64,000 nucleotides of DNA from Pseudomonadota bacterium. Lineage in GTDB: Bacteria; Pseudomonadota; Gammaproteobacteria; Burkholderiales; Burkholderiaceae_F. Position 1 is the stretch's first letter. The number at the start of each line of letters is the position of its first letter. Positions 36,948 to 47,404 of the stretch are shown here, piece after piece. Both the position numbers and the translations under genes were made by a program. Where the stretch lies: NCBI GenBank assembly GCA_021838715.1, contig JAKCCX010000006.1, positions 7,948 to 71,947 of the forward strand, in the 5' to 3' direction. The notes beneath the pieces are model-generated. The model was given only the letters and a program-made list of their open reading frames with translations. It searched no databases and was not told where the DNA came from.

Positions 36948-37343
36948 TCATTTCGCATTCAAATTTTGACTGGGGTCGACATGGGATTGGTATTCCCCCT
37001 GCATCTTTTTCCCGGCACGCTCGAATTCCCTGCCGACAAAGGCAACGCCCTTTTTTATTCCCTTTTCCGTCTTGGACACGCCGGTGTCGATTGCAGGACC
37101 CACCGCTTGCGCTCCGCGCTTGAGGGCGGCGCCGGTCTTGTCCGCGGCCTTCGTCAAAGCGGATGTAACGCGATTCGAGTCGTTTCCTTGCGCGCCGCGG
37201 CATGCCGGAGACAACATTGCCAGCGGTACCAGGACACAGGCGACGCCGGCGCGGACAAGGTCGCTCCGGCGTCTTCTGCTTGCGCTGGCGCACGCCATGT
37301 CCGCCCGCCCACCGCATGCATCAATGCTTGCTTGTTTCCGCAT
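36948..37343 (-). CDS. Small exported Lys/Gly/Ala-rich protein of unknown function
   Basis: Signal-peptide-like MACASASRRRRSDLVRAGVACVLVPLAMLSPA if the start is the Met at 37298. The mature part is rich in K, G and A. Only 18 nt from the ACP gene. Confidence 0.45.
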   Translation of the reverse strand: MRKQASIDACGGRADMACASASRRRRSDLVRAGVACVLVPLAMLSPACRGAQGNDSNRVTSALTKAADKTGAALKRGAQAVGPAIDTGVSKTEKGIKKGVAFVGREFERAGKKMQGEYQSHVDPSQNLNAK

Positions 37344-37630
37344 GGTGCGTCATCCTGTTTCCCAATGTGCCATTCCGCAGGATCCGGGGGGAAATTGGCG
37401 TCGCTCGAGTCCCCCGGAGGGTAATCGGCCCCGCCTCCAGGGCTGTCCGAAACGAGCGTCCCGGCACGGATCCGCATACGAAATCTTCCCGCTCAAGCCC
37501 CCCGGCTCCTACGCGATTCTTTTACGCGGTTCCCTCTCCGCGGAGTATACATTTTGAAACACGCCCCCAATACGGTGCCGCGCGCGGCACCGAGGAGCGG
37601 CGCCGTGATTGCCGGCGGCCGGGCTGACGA

Positions 37631-37662
37631 GAGCCCGGGCAGGGAGTCGCCCGCCCGGGCTC
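37631..37662 (-). terminator. GC-rich hairpin just downstream of the aldehyde dehydrogenase stop
   Basis: GAGCCCGGG ... CCCGGGCTC gives a 9-bp stem 5 nt from the stop codon. An 18-nt perfect palindrome, GGTGCCGCGCGCGGCACC, follows at 37574-37591. There is no clear U-tract. Confidence 0.4.
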
Positions 37663-37666
37663 GGCC

Positions 37667-39187
37667 TCAGAAGAATCCGACCTTCTTTTCGGAATACGAG
37701 ACCAGCAGATTCTTCGTCTGCTGATAGTGATCGAGCATCATCTTGTGGGTCTCGCGACCGATGCCCGACTGCTTGTAGCCGCCGAAGGCCGCGTGCGCGG
37801 GATAGGCGTGATAGCAGTTGGTCCATACCCGCCCGGCCTGGATGCCGCGCCCGAGCCGAAAGGCGGCATTGATGTTGCGGGTCCAGACGCCCGCCCCCAG
37901 GCCGTAGCGCGTGTCGTTGGCGATCGCCAGCGCTTCCTCCTCGTCGCGGAAGGTGGTCACCGACACCACCGGGCCGAAGATCTCCTCCTGGAAGATGCGC
38001 ATCTTGTTGTGGCCGAAGAAGACCGTCGGCTGGATGTAGTAGCCCTCCGCGAGATCGCCCTCGAGCCGCGAGCGGCTGCCGCCGGTGAGCACCGTCGCGC
38101 CCTCCTGCCGCCCGATGGCGATGTAGGAGAGGATCTTCTCCATCTGCTCGCTGCTGGCCTGGGCGCCGATCATCGTTTCGGGGTTGAGGGGATTGCCCTG
38201 GCGGATCGCTTCGACGCGACGCAGCACGCGCTCCATGAAACGCTGGTGGATCGACTCGTGGACGAGCGCGCGCGATGGACAGGTGCAGACCTCGCCCTGG
38301 TTGAGCGCGAACATCACGAATCCTTCGATCGCCTTGTCGAGGAACGCGTCATCGCGATCCATCACGTCGGCAAGGAAGATGTTGGGCGACTTGCCGCCCA
38401 GTTCCAGGGTCACCGGGATCAGGTTCTCGCTGGCGTACTGCATGATCAGGCGCCCGGTGCCGGTCTCGCCGGTGAAGGCGATCTTGGCGATGCGCTTGCT
38501 CGATGCGAGCGGCTTGCCGGCCTCGATGCCGAAGCCGTTGACGATGTTGAGTACGCCCGGCGGCAGCAGATCGGCGATCACCTCCATCCACACGAGGATG
38601 CTGGCGGGGGTCTGCTCGGCGGGCTTGAGCACCACGCAATTTCCCGCTGCCAGCGCCGGCGCCAGCTTCCATGCCGCCATGAGCAGCGGGAAGTTCCAGG
38701 GAATGATCTGCCCGACGACGCCGAGCGGTTCATGGAAGTGATACGCGTAGGTTTCCTCATCGATCTCGGCCACCGTCCCCTCCTGCGCCCGCACACAACC
38801 GGCGAAATAGCGGAAGTGGTCGATGGCCAGCGGCAGATCGGCGTTCATCGTTTCGCGGATCGGCTTGCCGTTGTCCCAGGTTTCGGCGGTCGCCAGCATG
38901 GCCAGGTTCGCTTCCATGCGATCGGCGATGCGGTTCAGGATCGTGGCGCGCTGAGCGGGCGAGGTCTTTCCCCAGGCCGCCTTCGCCGCATGCGCCGCAT
39001 CGAGCGCAAGTTCCACGTCTTCGGCCTGCGAGCGGGGGATCTCGCAAAACGGCTTGCCGGTCACCGGCGTGATGTTTTCGAAATACCGGCCCGCCACGGG
39101 CTCCACCCACTTCCCCCCGATGAAATTGCCATAGCGCTTCTTGAACGGCACCGCGGTGCCGAATTTTCCGGGCTCGAGCATGTCCAT
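37667..39187 (-). CDS. NAD-dependent (acet)aldehyde dehydrogenase, AcoD/ExaC/AldB-like
   Basis: 506 aa with [21 protein letters not shown] (catalytic Cys) and PWNFP motifs. ATG 39187 is preceded by GGGAGG. Confidence 0.9.
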   Translation of the reverse strand: MDMLEPGKFGTAVPFKKRYGNFIGGKWVEPVAGRYFENITPVTGKPFCEIPRSQAEDVELALDAAHAAKAAWGKTSPAQRATILNRIADRMEANLAMLATAETWDNGKPIRETMNADLPLAIDHFRYFAGCVRAQEGTVAEIDEETYAYHFHEPLGVVGQIIPWNFPLLMAAWKLAPALAAGNCVVLKPAEQTPASILVWMEVIADLLPPGVLNIVNGFGIEAGKPLASSKRIAKIAFTGETGTGRLIMQYASENLIPVTLELGGKSPNIFLADVMDRDDAFLDKAIEGFVMFALNQGEVCTCPSRALVHESIHQRFMERVLRRVEAIRQGNPLNPETMIGAQASSEQMEKILSYIAIGRQEGATVLTGGSRSRLEGDLAEGYYIQPTVFFGHNKMRIFQEEIFGPVVSVTTFRDEEEALAIANDTRYGLGAGVWTRNINAAFRLGRGIQAGRVWTNCYHAYPAHAAFGGYKQSGIGRETHKMMLDHYQQTKNLLVSYSEKKVGFF

Positions 39188-39256
39188 GAAAAACCTCCCT
39201 GAGTGTTTGTTGGCTCGCCATTCCGCGCTCCTCCGAACGCGGCATCGGCATTTCAC

Positions 39257-39271
39257 TCAGGATTCGTGCCA
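39257..39271 (-). promoter_or_regulatory. Candidate sigma54 (-24/-12) promoter of the aldehyde dehydrogenase gene
   Basis: The minus strand reads TGGCACGAATCCTGA, 70 nt upstream of the ATG. The -24 element is good; -12 is weak (CTGA rather than TTGC). Confidence 0.45.
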
Positions 39272-39311
39272 GACCGGGAGCCGATCGCGCGACAGGCCGG
39301 AAACCATTGCA

Positions 39312-39324
39312 GATCAATCGCTTG
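39312..39324. promoter_or_regulatory. IHF-like site between the sigma54 promoter and upstream repeats
   Basis: GATCAATCGCTTG matches WATCAANNNNTTR except at the first base. Confidence 0.3.
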
Positions 39325-39390
39325 AATCTCTTCACGCCACGCGCTTGGGAGCGGCGTACCCGCCACGCCGCCGCGAAACGCGACGGCCGG

Positions 39391-39427
39391 TGTCGCATTT
39401 CGCGACAGATGACAGCCCGGTGCGACA
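39391..39427. promoter_or_regulatory. Candidate enhancer (UAS) repeats for the AcoR-like activator
   Basis: TGTCGCA-TTTC-GCGACA inverted repeat (39391-39407) plus a third TGCGACA at 39421-39427, 120-170 nt upstream of the -24/-12 element. Confidence 0.35.
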
Positions 39428-39477
39428 GTGCCATACTGGCCGCGGACTGACAGGCAGCATGAGTACGAGGACAAGGG

Positions 39478-41472
<1,995 letters not shown>

Positions 41473-41478
41473 CGCCGG

Positions 41479-42450
41479 TCAGTGGGCCGGCCGGCGTCGC
41501 GCCCCGTCTTCGATCGTCCAGGGGACGCAGGGATCCATGGCAAGGATCCACTGCGCCGCGCGCCGACGCGCCCGATCTTCCGGATACCGTCCGGCCGCCC
41601 GATCGACGACGCCCTCGGTCGCCAACAGGCAACGCTCGAGCATCCCGCCCGGATGAAAATTCCACTCGGTGGGGGCGACCACGACGTATCGTTCGACGAC
41701 GTCGCCCACCAGTTCGACTTCGTGCATCAGCAGGCCGCGCGCCGTTTCCACCGTCGATCTGCCGATCCCCGGCGCCAGCGTCGCACCGCTGGCCAATCCC
41801 AGCAGCGTCGGGCGCCCATCGAGGTGGCGCTGCAGTTCTTCCGCACGCGCGAGCACCCGTGCCCGCACCCCGTCGCCGGTGGCGCCGCCGGCCCGCGCGA
41901 AGGCACCGGTTTCGGCCGCCGCGCCGCGCCATAGCGGATATCGCGCGAACGCCGCATCCAGCCGCGGCCAGATCCGGGCCGATTCTTCGGCGTTGCAGAC
42001 CGGCAGCAGCCGGCGGCCCGGCACATGCTCGTCTCGCCCCAGGCCGTCGATCCACGGCGGAATCGGCCACGCGCAGGGATGGGATGCCTGGATCGCACGG
42101 ACCACGCTCGCAAATTGCGCGAGGTCGCGCCGCTCGCCGAGGCGCTCGGGCCAATCCAGGATCAGACGCCACGCATGCTCCCGCGCCGCCTCCGCGGCCA
42201 CTTCGCGATCGACGGCAACGGGCGTGCCGACGCCGCGCGCTGCTGCGATCGCCAGGTCGGCAGCGAGCCCCTGCGCCTTGCCGCACACCGCGAACATCGC
42301 CGGAATCAGGCTGCGGACGGTCTCGACGTCGCGATGCCGCAGAATCGTCGCCACCTCGGGACGGGCACAGGTCACGGCGAGACGGAATTCGCCGCGCCCC
42401 TCGTCGCGCTGCAAGGTGGCGACCACGCGCCCGGAATCAATGACGGTCAT
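41479..42450 (-). CDS. hupK: Hydrogenase maturation scaffold HupK/HoxV (large-subunit-like)
   Basis: Trimmed to ATG 42450. It has FAVCGKAQG in place of RxCGxC, a large-subunit-like ARGLLMHEV...VVAPTEWNFHPGG block, and a C-terminal DPCVPW. Confidence 0.7.
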   Translation of the reverse strand: MTVIDSGRVVATLQRDEGRGEFRLAVTCARPEVATILRHRDVETVRSLIPAMFAVCGKAQGLAADLAIAAARGVGTPVAVDREVAAEAAREHAWRLILDWPERLGERRDLAQFASVVRAIQASHPCAWPIPPWIDGLGRDEHVPGRRLLPVCNAEESARIWPRLDAAFARYPLWRGAAAETGAFARAGGATGDGVRARVLARAEELQRHLDGRPTLLGLASGATLAPGIGRSTVETARGLLMHEVELVGDVVERYVVVAPTEWNFHPGGMLERCLLATEGVVDRAAGRYPEDRARRRAAQWILAMDPCVPWTIEDGARRRPAH

Positions 42451-42484
42451 CGGCAATGCATCCAGCGGGATCGATGCATGCGGA

Positions 42485-43339
42485 TCATCGCGGTTCGCGC
42501 CCCCCGGCGACCACGGCGATGCCCGCCGGAGCCGGGGGCGCAAAGCGCCGCACGAGCAGGAAGCTGCCCGCGACGATGGCGATGACGAGGGCCCCGAACA
42601 TTGTTTCCGCTTCCCCGTTCCGCTGCGCCCACGCCGCAACGCCGGGCGCGGTCAGGCACGCCACGCCATAGGCCGCGACGGCCAGACTCAGGCTCGCGAC
42701 GGTCAGGCCCATCGCCCGCGAAAGGACCCGGGCCGTTTGATCGGCGCGCCGCAGCAAGGTCGAGATCCAGATCCCGTTCAAGCCGTCGGTTGCCAGCATG
42801 CCGACGACAAAGCATCCCGCCAGGGCGGCGGCCCGCCCCAGGCCGCCGAAGCGCCCCGCGGCGGCGGTGAACAGCAGCGCCTGGCTCACGGTATCGAACG
42901 ACAGCGCAAACAGCGCGCCAGTCAGGACGATCCCCCATCCGCCCGCGAATCGCCCCAACGGCCCCAGCAGCCGCGCGCGCAGGCCCACCGGCGCCACCAC
43001 CTCGTGGGCCGGCGCGGAGAAGACGGCGTGCAGATTGGCGAGTCCGAGCGCGACCAGGAAGCCGATCGAAATCCAGGCGCCGAAGGCATCGAGCCAGCGC
43101 GGTGTCCCGGCGCCGGCCGCCAGGGCGCTGGAACCAAGCGCGATGGCCAGCACCACGAGCCCGTGTCCGAGGGAAAAGAGCGCGCCGCACAGCCGTGCGA
43201 GAACCGGAGACTTGCGGCTGTGGAAGCGCGTGAAGCCGTCGATGGTTGCGAGATGGTCGGCATCGAAACCGTGGCGCAGGCCGAGAACGAACACCAGCGC
43301 ACACAAGCCATCCCATTGTTGTGGAAGCGGAAATTGCAT
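42485..43339 (-). CDS. hoxN: Nickel/cobalt permease, NiCoT family (HoxN/HupN)
   Basis: Trimmed to ATG 43339 (GGAGG upstream). NiCoT signature LRHGFDADHLATIDG, LGHG motif and about 8 TM segments. Confidence 0.85.
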   Translation of the reverse strand: MQFPLPQQWDGLCALVFVLGLRHGFDADHLATIDGFTRFHSRKSPVLARLCGALFSLGHGLVVLAIALGSSALAAGAGTPRWLDAFGAWISIGFLVALGLANLHAVFSAPAHEVVAPVGLRARLLGPLGRFAGGWGIVLTGALFALSFDTVSQALLFTAAAGRFGGLGRAAALAGCFVVGMLATDGLNGIWISTLLRRADQTARVLSRAMGLTVASLSLAVAAYGVACLTAPGVAAWAQRNGEAETMFGALVIAIVAGSFLLVRRFAPPAPAGIAVVAGGREPR

Positions 43340-43503
43340 GGCCCTCCCCTCGGCACGATTCGCGTCGGCCCGACGGCCGGGGGCGCAATGCCGCCCGCGG
43401 GTCACGCCGGTCATCGAGAAAAAAAGCAAAAAGCGCGCCATCGAACCGCGTTCGATAAGCCCTTGAATTCCGGATGCGCCCGCACGCGAGGGCGGCAGGT
43501 TCC

Positions 43504-44916
43504 TTATCGCTTTCCGTCGCCCGCCGTCACCGCGCTTTGCACCGCGCCTTGCACCGCATCGGTGCCGGCCGGCCGCGGCATGCGCACGGTGAACACCGCG
43601 CCGCCCTCCGGCCGATTGGCCGCCGACAGCCGTCCGCCATGTCGTTCGACGATCCCGTAACTGATCGCCAGACCCAGGCCGGTTCCCTTCCCCACCGGTT
43701 TGGTGGTGAAGAACGGATCGAAGATCCGATGAAGGTCCGCTGCCGCGATGCCGGGCCCGCGATCGCGAAATTCGATCGTGACCGCGTCCGCCGAAGACCG
43801 GCCCGCGATTTCCAGGACCGCGTCCTCCCGGGGGGTCGTGGTCATCGCATCCACCGCGTTCTGCACCAGGTTCATGAACACCTGCTGCATCTGTCCGCCG
43901 GAACCCAGGATGACGAGTTCCTCCGGCAGATCGATCGTCACGCGGAACGATTCGGGGGCCGACTTGCGCACCCAGTGCACGGCACGCTCGATCACCGGAA
44001 CGAGGTTGCACGGGGTTCGCTCGTCGGGATCGACGGAGGAGAACCGCTTGAGGGCATCGACGATGTCGCGCGTGCGCTCCGCGCCCTCCACCGTTCCCTC
44101 GATCAGGCTGGGAAGATCCTCGAGGATCCGGTCGATGCGCAACTCCCCGCGCAGGCGTTCGCGCTCCGCCGGATCGGCGTCGCCATGGATGGCGGCACAG
44201 TAGCGCTGCAGCCGCTCGGTGTAGCGCTTCAATGCGACGACGTTGCCGAGCACGAAGCTGATGGGATTGTTCAATTCGTGGGCAACCCCGGCCACCAACC
44301 GGCCCAGCGAGGCGATCTTCTCCGAATGCAGCAATTGCTGCTGGGTGCGCTTGAGGTCGTCGTGGGCCTCGCGCAACGAGGTATACGCGCGGCGCAACTC
44401 GCCCACCGGCCTGCCGGTGATCACCGAACCGAGCAGTCTGCCCGCCGCGTTGTAGCGCGGCGTGCAGTTCAGGGAAACGGGAATCGCAGTGCCGTCGGCC
44501 CCGCGCAGGTTCATCTCGCAGTCGTGCAGCGGCTCCGCCGCCTCCCCCGTGAAATGCTGCTGGGCGCGGCGGCGCGACGCGTCGTCGGCGAACAGATCGA
44601 ACACCGGGCTTCCCCGCAGCGTCCGCTCATCCTTTCCGGTCAGCGCGACCAGGGATGCGTTGACATCCTCGATGCCCCCCGCGCGATCGCAAACGATCAG
44701 CACGTCGGAGATCGACGCCAGCACCGAAACGATGAACTGCTGGGACTCCTCCAGCGCGGCGTTCTTCTCCTCGAGTTCGGTTTCGTGGCCGAGCAGTTCC
44801 TGATACACCTCGTCCATCTTGCGGATGACGTCCAGCCAGATGCGGTCGCCGGCCTCCTCCTGGATCCGGGCAAGCGCGGCGGCGGGGCGGGAAGCGGGGC
44901 GATCCTCGTCGGTCAT
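43504..44916 (-). CDS. hoxJ: H2-signalling histidine kinase HoxJ/HupT
   Basis: PAS-like N-terminal half, H-box SLGRLVAGVAHELNNP, and N and G boxes (FDPFFTTKPVGKGTGLGL). Adjacent to hupUV. Confidence 0.85.
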   Translation of the reverse strand: MTDEDRPASRPAAALARIQEEAGDRIWLDVIRKMDEVYQELLGHETELEEKNAALEESQQFIVSVLASISDVLIVCDRAGGIEDVNASLVALTGKDERTLRGSPVFDLFADDASRRRAQQHFTGEAAEPLHDCEMNLRGADGTAIPVSLNCTPRYNAAGRLLGSVITGRPVGELRRAYTSLREAHDDLKRTQQQLLHSEKIASLGRLVAGVAHELNNPISFVLGNVVALKRYTERLQRYCAAIHGDADPAERERLRGELRIDRILEDLPSLIEGTVEGAERTRDIVDALKRFSSVDPDERTPCNLVPVIERAVHWVRKSAPESFRVTIDLPEELVILGSGGQMQQVFMNLVQNAVDAMTTTPREDAVLEIAGRSSADAVTIEFRDRGPGIAAADLHRIFDPFFTTKPVGKGTGLGLAISYGIVERHGGRLSAANRPEGGAVFTVRMPRPAGTDAVQGAVQSAVTAGDGKR

Positions 44917-44928
44917 TGCATGCCTCGC

Positions 44929-46392
44929 TCAGTGGACCGTGCATACCATGCACGGATCGAACGACCGCACGACGTGCTGGACCGCGACCTGCACCCCGTC
45001 CGACCCGGCGTCGCCCTCCGCGACGGGGGTTCCGACCAATGCCCGCTCCACCGGCCCCGGGAGCCCGGCCTCGTCGATGGGCGAAAAATTCCAGGTCGTA
45101 GGCGCGACGATCTGGTAGTTGTGGATCCGTCCGCGCCGCAGGCCGAGCCAATGCCCGAGGCTGCCGCGGGCCGCTTCGACCAGGCCGACCCCCTCGGCAT
45201 CGCCGGGCAGTTCGCCGAATGCGCAAAACGGCTCGTCCGGCACGAACGCCCGGACCCACGCTTCCATTTCCGGAACGACGCGCGCCACCTCGAGCAGCCG
45301 CGCCACCACGCGGCTGCGGACATTGCCCCCCGCGCGTGCGACCAGATCGCGCGCCAGCGGGTGGCCGGCCATCAACTGCCGTGCCAGCGCCCCGGTCTCC
45401 GCCGGCGCGCCGCCGATCCGCGGCGCCTTGCACCAGGTGTACGCACCCGGCTTGTCCGGCAACGGCACCGCGGCGCCGCGCGCCGGCGGCTGCGGCGCCG
45501 CGCTCTCCGCATACCAGGCGTGGCGCACGTCTTCCGCGATCGCGCCGACGTCGAGCGGCATCGCCGCCCCCGATTCCCAAAGACCGGCGGCGAAGAGCGG
45601 CGCACCGCCCCCGGCCGATTCGTAGGCGCCGAAGCTCAGGAAGCGGTCGTACGACCGCCCGAGTTCTTCCAGACGCAGATCCTCCGCGATCGCCAGAAAG
45701 CGGGCAAAGTCGGCCGTGCGGCCCTGCGCCCAGGCGCTCAGGGCGCCATCGTCGGGCAGCGCGGCCACCGCTTCGAGCGCATCGCCGAACACGGTGCCCT
45801 CGAGAAATCCACGAAATTCCCGCACCATCCGGTAGAGGCGGCGCGCCTCCGTGGCGGACACCGGCCGGGTCGTCCCGCCGGGTTGAAACGCGTGGCTGTG
45901 CGGCCACTTCCCGGCAAGCAGGCCCATCGTGTGGAGCAGGCCGGCGCGCGCCGGCAGGAAATCGCGCGCCGCGCTTCCCTCGATCGCGCGGAAGCGCTCG
46001 ACGGCCATCGCATGCCACGGTCTGCCGGCATAGGCGGTGCGCGCGAAATCCGGCATGAAGAACAGATAGAAGTGGCTCAGGTGGTCGGCCACGTTCTCGG
46101 CCGCCTGCATGCAATGCATCGCCAGACGGCCATTGCGCGGCGCGCGCAGGCCCATCGCATCGGCCAGCGCCGCGGCGGCGGCCGCCGACTGGGAGATCGA
46201 ACAGATGCCGCAGATCCGCGGCGCGAACACCAGGGCGTCGAGCGGCTCCCGGCCTTGCAGGATCTGCTCGAAGCCGCGATAGAGTCCGGCGATCACCCGC
46301 GCCGATCGGACGCGGCCGGCGTCGACATCGAGCTGGACTTCCAGGTCGCCCTCGACGCGATTGAACGGACCGATGACGAGGCGCCGGGTCAT
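44929..46392 (-). CDS. hupV: Regulatory (H2-sensing) [NiFe] hydrogenase large subunit HupV/HoxC
   Basis: PRICGICSISQ and the C-terminal DPCMVCTVH are followed directly by the stop, so there is no protease-cleaved extension. Trimmed to ATG 46392. Confidence 0.88.
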   Translation of the reverse strand: MTRRLVIGPFNRVEGDLEVQLDVDAGRVRSARVIAGLYRGFEQILQGREPLDALVFAPRICGICSISQSAAAAAALADAMGLRAPRNGRLAMHCMQAAENVADHLSHFYLFFMPDFARTAYAGRPWHAMAVERFRAIEGSAARDFLPARAGLLHTMGLLAGKWPHSHAFQPGGTTRPVSATEARRLYRMVREFRGFLEGTVFGDALEAVAALPDDGALSAWAQGRTADFARFLAIAEDLRLEELGRSYDRFLSFGAYESAGGGAPLFAAGLWESGAAMPLDVGAIAEDVRHAWYAESAAPQPPARGAAVPLPDKPGAYTWCKAPRIGGAPAETGALARQLMAGHPLARDLVARAGGNVRSRVVARLLEVARVVPEMEAWVRAFVPDEPFCAFGELPGDAEGVGLVEAARGSLGHWLGLRRGRIHNYQIVAPTTWNFSPIDEAGLPGPVERALVGTPVAEGDAGSDGVQVAVQHVVRSFDPCMVCTVH

Positions 46393-46405
46393 TTCCGGGG
46401 GCTGC

Positions 46406-47404
46406 TCATTTCCGTCCGGGCGGCCGCCCGGAACCGGGAACCGCGACGATGTGGTCGGAATGCGCGTTCTCGCGCACCCGCGCCGGCGTTGCCGACTTCG
46501 ACAACGCGGCCAAGGCCACGAACCAGGCTTTGGGCATGTCCACGGGGAGCCCGATGGGAATGCCGGCGACCTTCGGCGTCTGCGCGAAGGGATGTCCGGG
46601 ATCCTCGAAACCCGGCTCGGTGCAGCGGATGCAGGCATAGCCGCCGCGCAGACAGGAGCCGCCGCCGTTCCATGCCCGCAGATTGCAATCCGCATGGGCC
46701 TGCGTTCCCTTGCACCCGAGGTTTTCCATCAGGCAGCCCTGGTCCGTCGGCCGCTCCGCGCTCGCCTTGAATTCGTAGAACTCGTTGCGCGGGCAGCCAT
46801 GATGGACCAGGTGATCGGCATAAAAACGCGGCCGTCCGCAATCGTCGAGATCCGATGCCCGCAAGGTTCCGCGCGCCAGCGCGATCAAGGTTTCGCTGAC
46901 CCAGTCGGGATGCGTCGGGCAGCCCGCAACGTTGATGACCGGCAGACCGGCGGCGCCGCGGTATTGCGCGCCGAGCAGCCCGCCGCGCGCCACGCCGTCG
47001 TACTGGAGGCCGCAGGCATCGGTCGGGTTGGCGCCGGCCGAGGTCACGCCGCCGAAGGCCGCGCAGGATCCGACCGCAACGACGTGCCGCGCCCGCCCGG
47101 CAAGCCGGCGCACCCACTCGATCGCCGGGATGCCGGTTCCCGCGACGACGTGGAACCGGCCGCTGCCGCGCGGCCCGCGCAGCATCGCCCCTTCGACGCA
47201 CAGCACATCGAAGTCTTGCGCACCGCGGGCGCAGGCCTCGAGCACGTCGCGCGCCTCCGAACCGGTCTGTTCGGACAGGCTGGGATGCCAGAGCAGACGC
47301 ACGCCTTCATCGGCCAGCACCGCGGGCAGCGAACCCGGTTCGCTTCCAAGCCAGGACAGCGTGCATCCCCCGCAACCGCCGCTTTGAAACCAGAGAACGT
47401 TCAT
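46406..47404 (-). CDS. hupU: Regulatory [NiFe] hydrogenase small subunit HupU/HoxB
   Basis: Starts MNVLWFQSGGCGGCTLS with no Tat signal peptide. Small-subunit FeS cysteine patterns are present. ATGA overlap with the hoxA stop. Confidence 0.88.
   Translation of the reverse strand: MNVLWFQSGGCGGCTLSWLGSEPGSLPAVLADEGVRLLWHPSLSEQTGSEARDVLEACARGAQDFDVLCVEGAMLRGPRGSGRFHVVAGTGIPAIEWVRRLAGRARHVVAVGSCAAFGGVTSAGANPTDACGLQYDGVARGGLLGAQYRGAAGLPVINVAGCPTHPDWVSETLIALARGTLRASDLDDCGRPRFYADHLVHHGCPRNEFYEFKASAERPTDQGCLMENLGCKGTQAHADCNLRAWNGGGSCLRGGYACIRCTEPGFEDPGHPFAQTPKVAGIPIGLPVDMPKAWFVALAALSKSATPARVRENAHSDHIVAVPGSGRPPGRK

Noticed and set aside
37355-37372. TGGCAC (sigma54 -24-like) upstream of the small exported protein gene
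   Set aside because: The minus strand reads TGGCACATTGGGAAAC. No GC/TTGC-type -12 element lies at the right spacing, and the site is only about 25 nt from the first ATG.
43418-43454. Rho-independent terminator after hoxJ
   Set aside because: The only hairpin (CGAAC-CGC-GTTCG) is 5 bp, and 9 nt separate it from the T-rich run on the minus strand. That is too weak to call, although the A/T-rich stretch may still mark a transcript boundary.
43474-46770. Very long ORFs opposite or out of frame to assigned genes (43474-46770 +, 51160-53964 +, 57806-59872 +, 39253-41463 -, 16186-18159 +, 2950-4473 -, 22899-24359 +, 32379-33998 +)
   Set aside because: Their translations are dominated by R, P, G, A and H with no recognisable motifs. 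Each fully overlaps a gene that has strong family signatures on the other strand or in another frame. They are shadow ORFs of GC-rich coding DNA.
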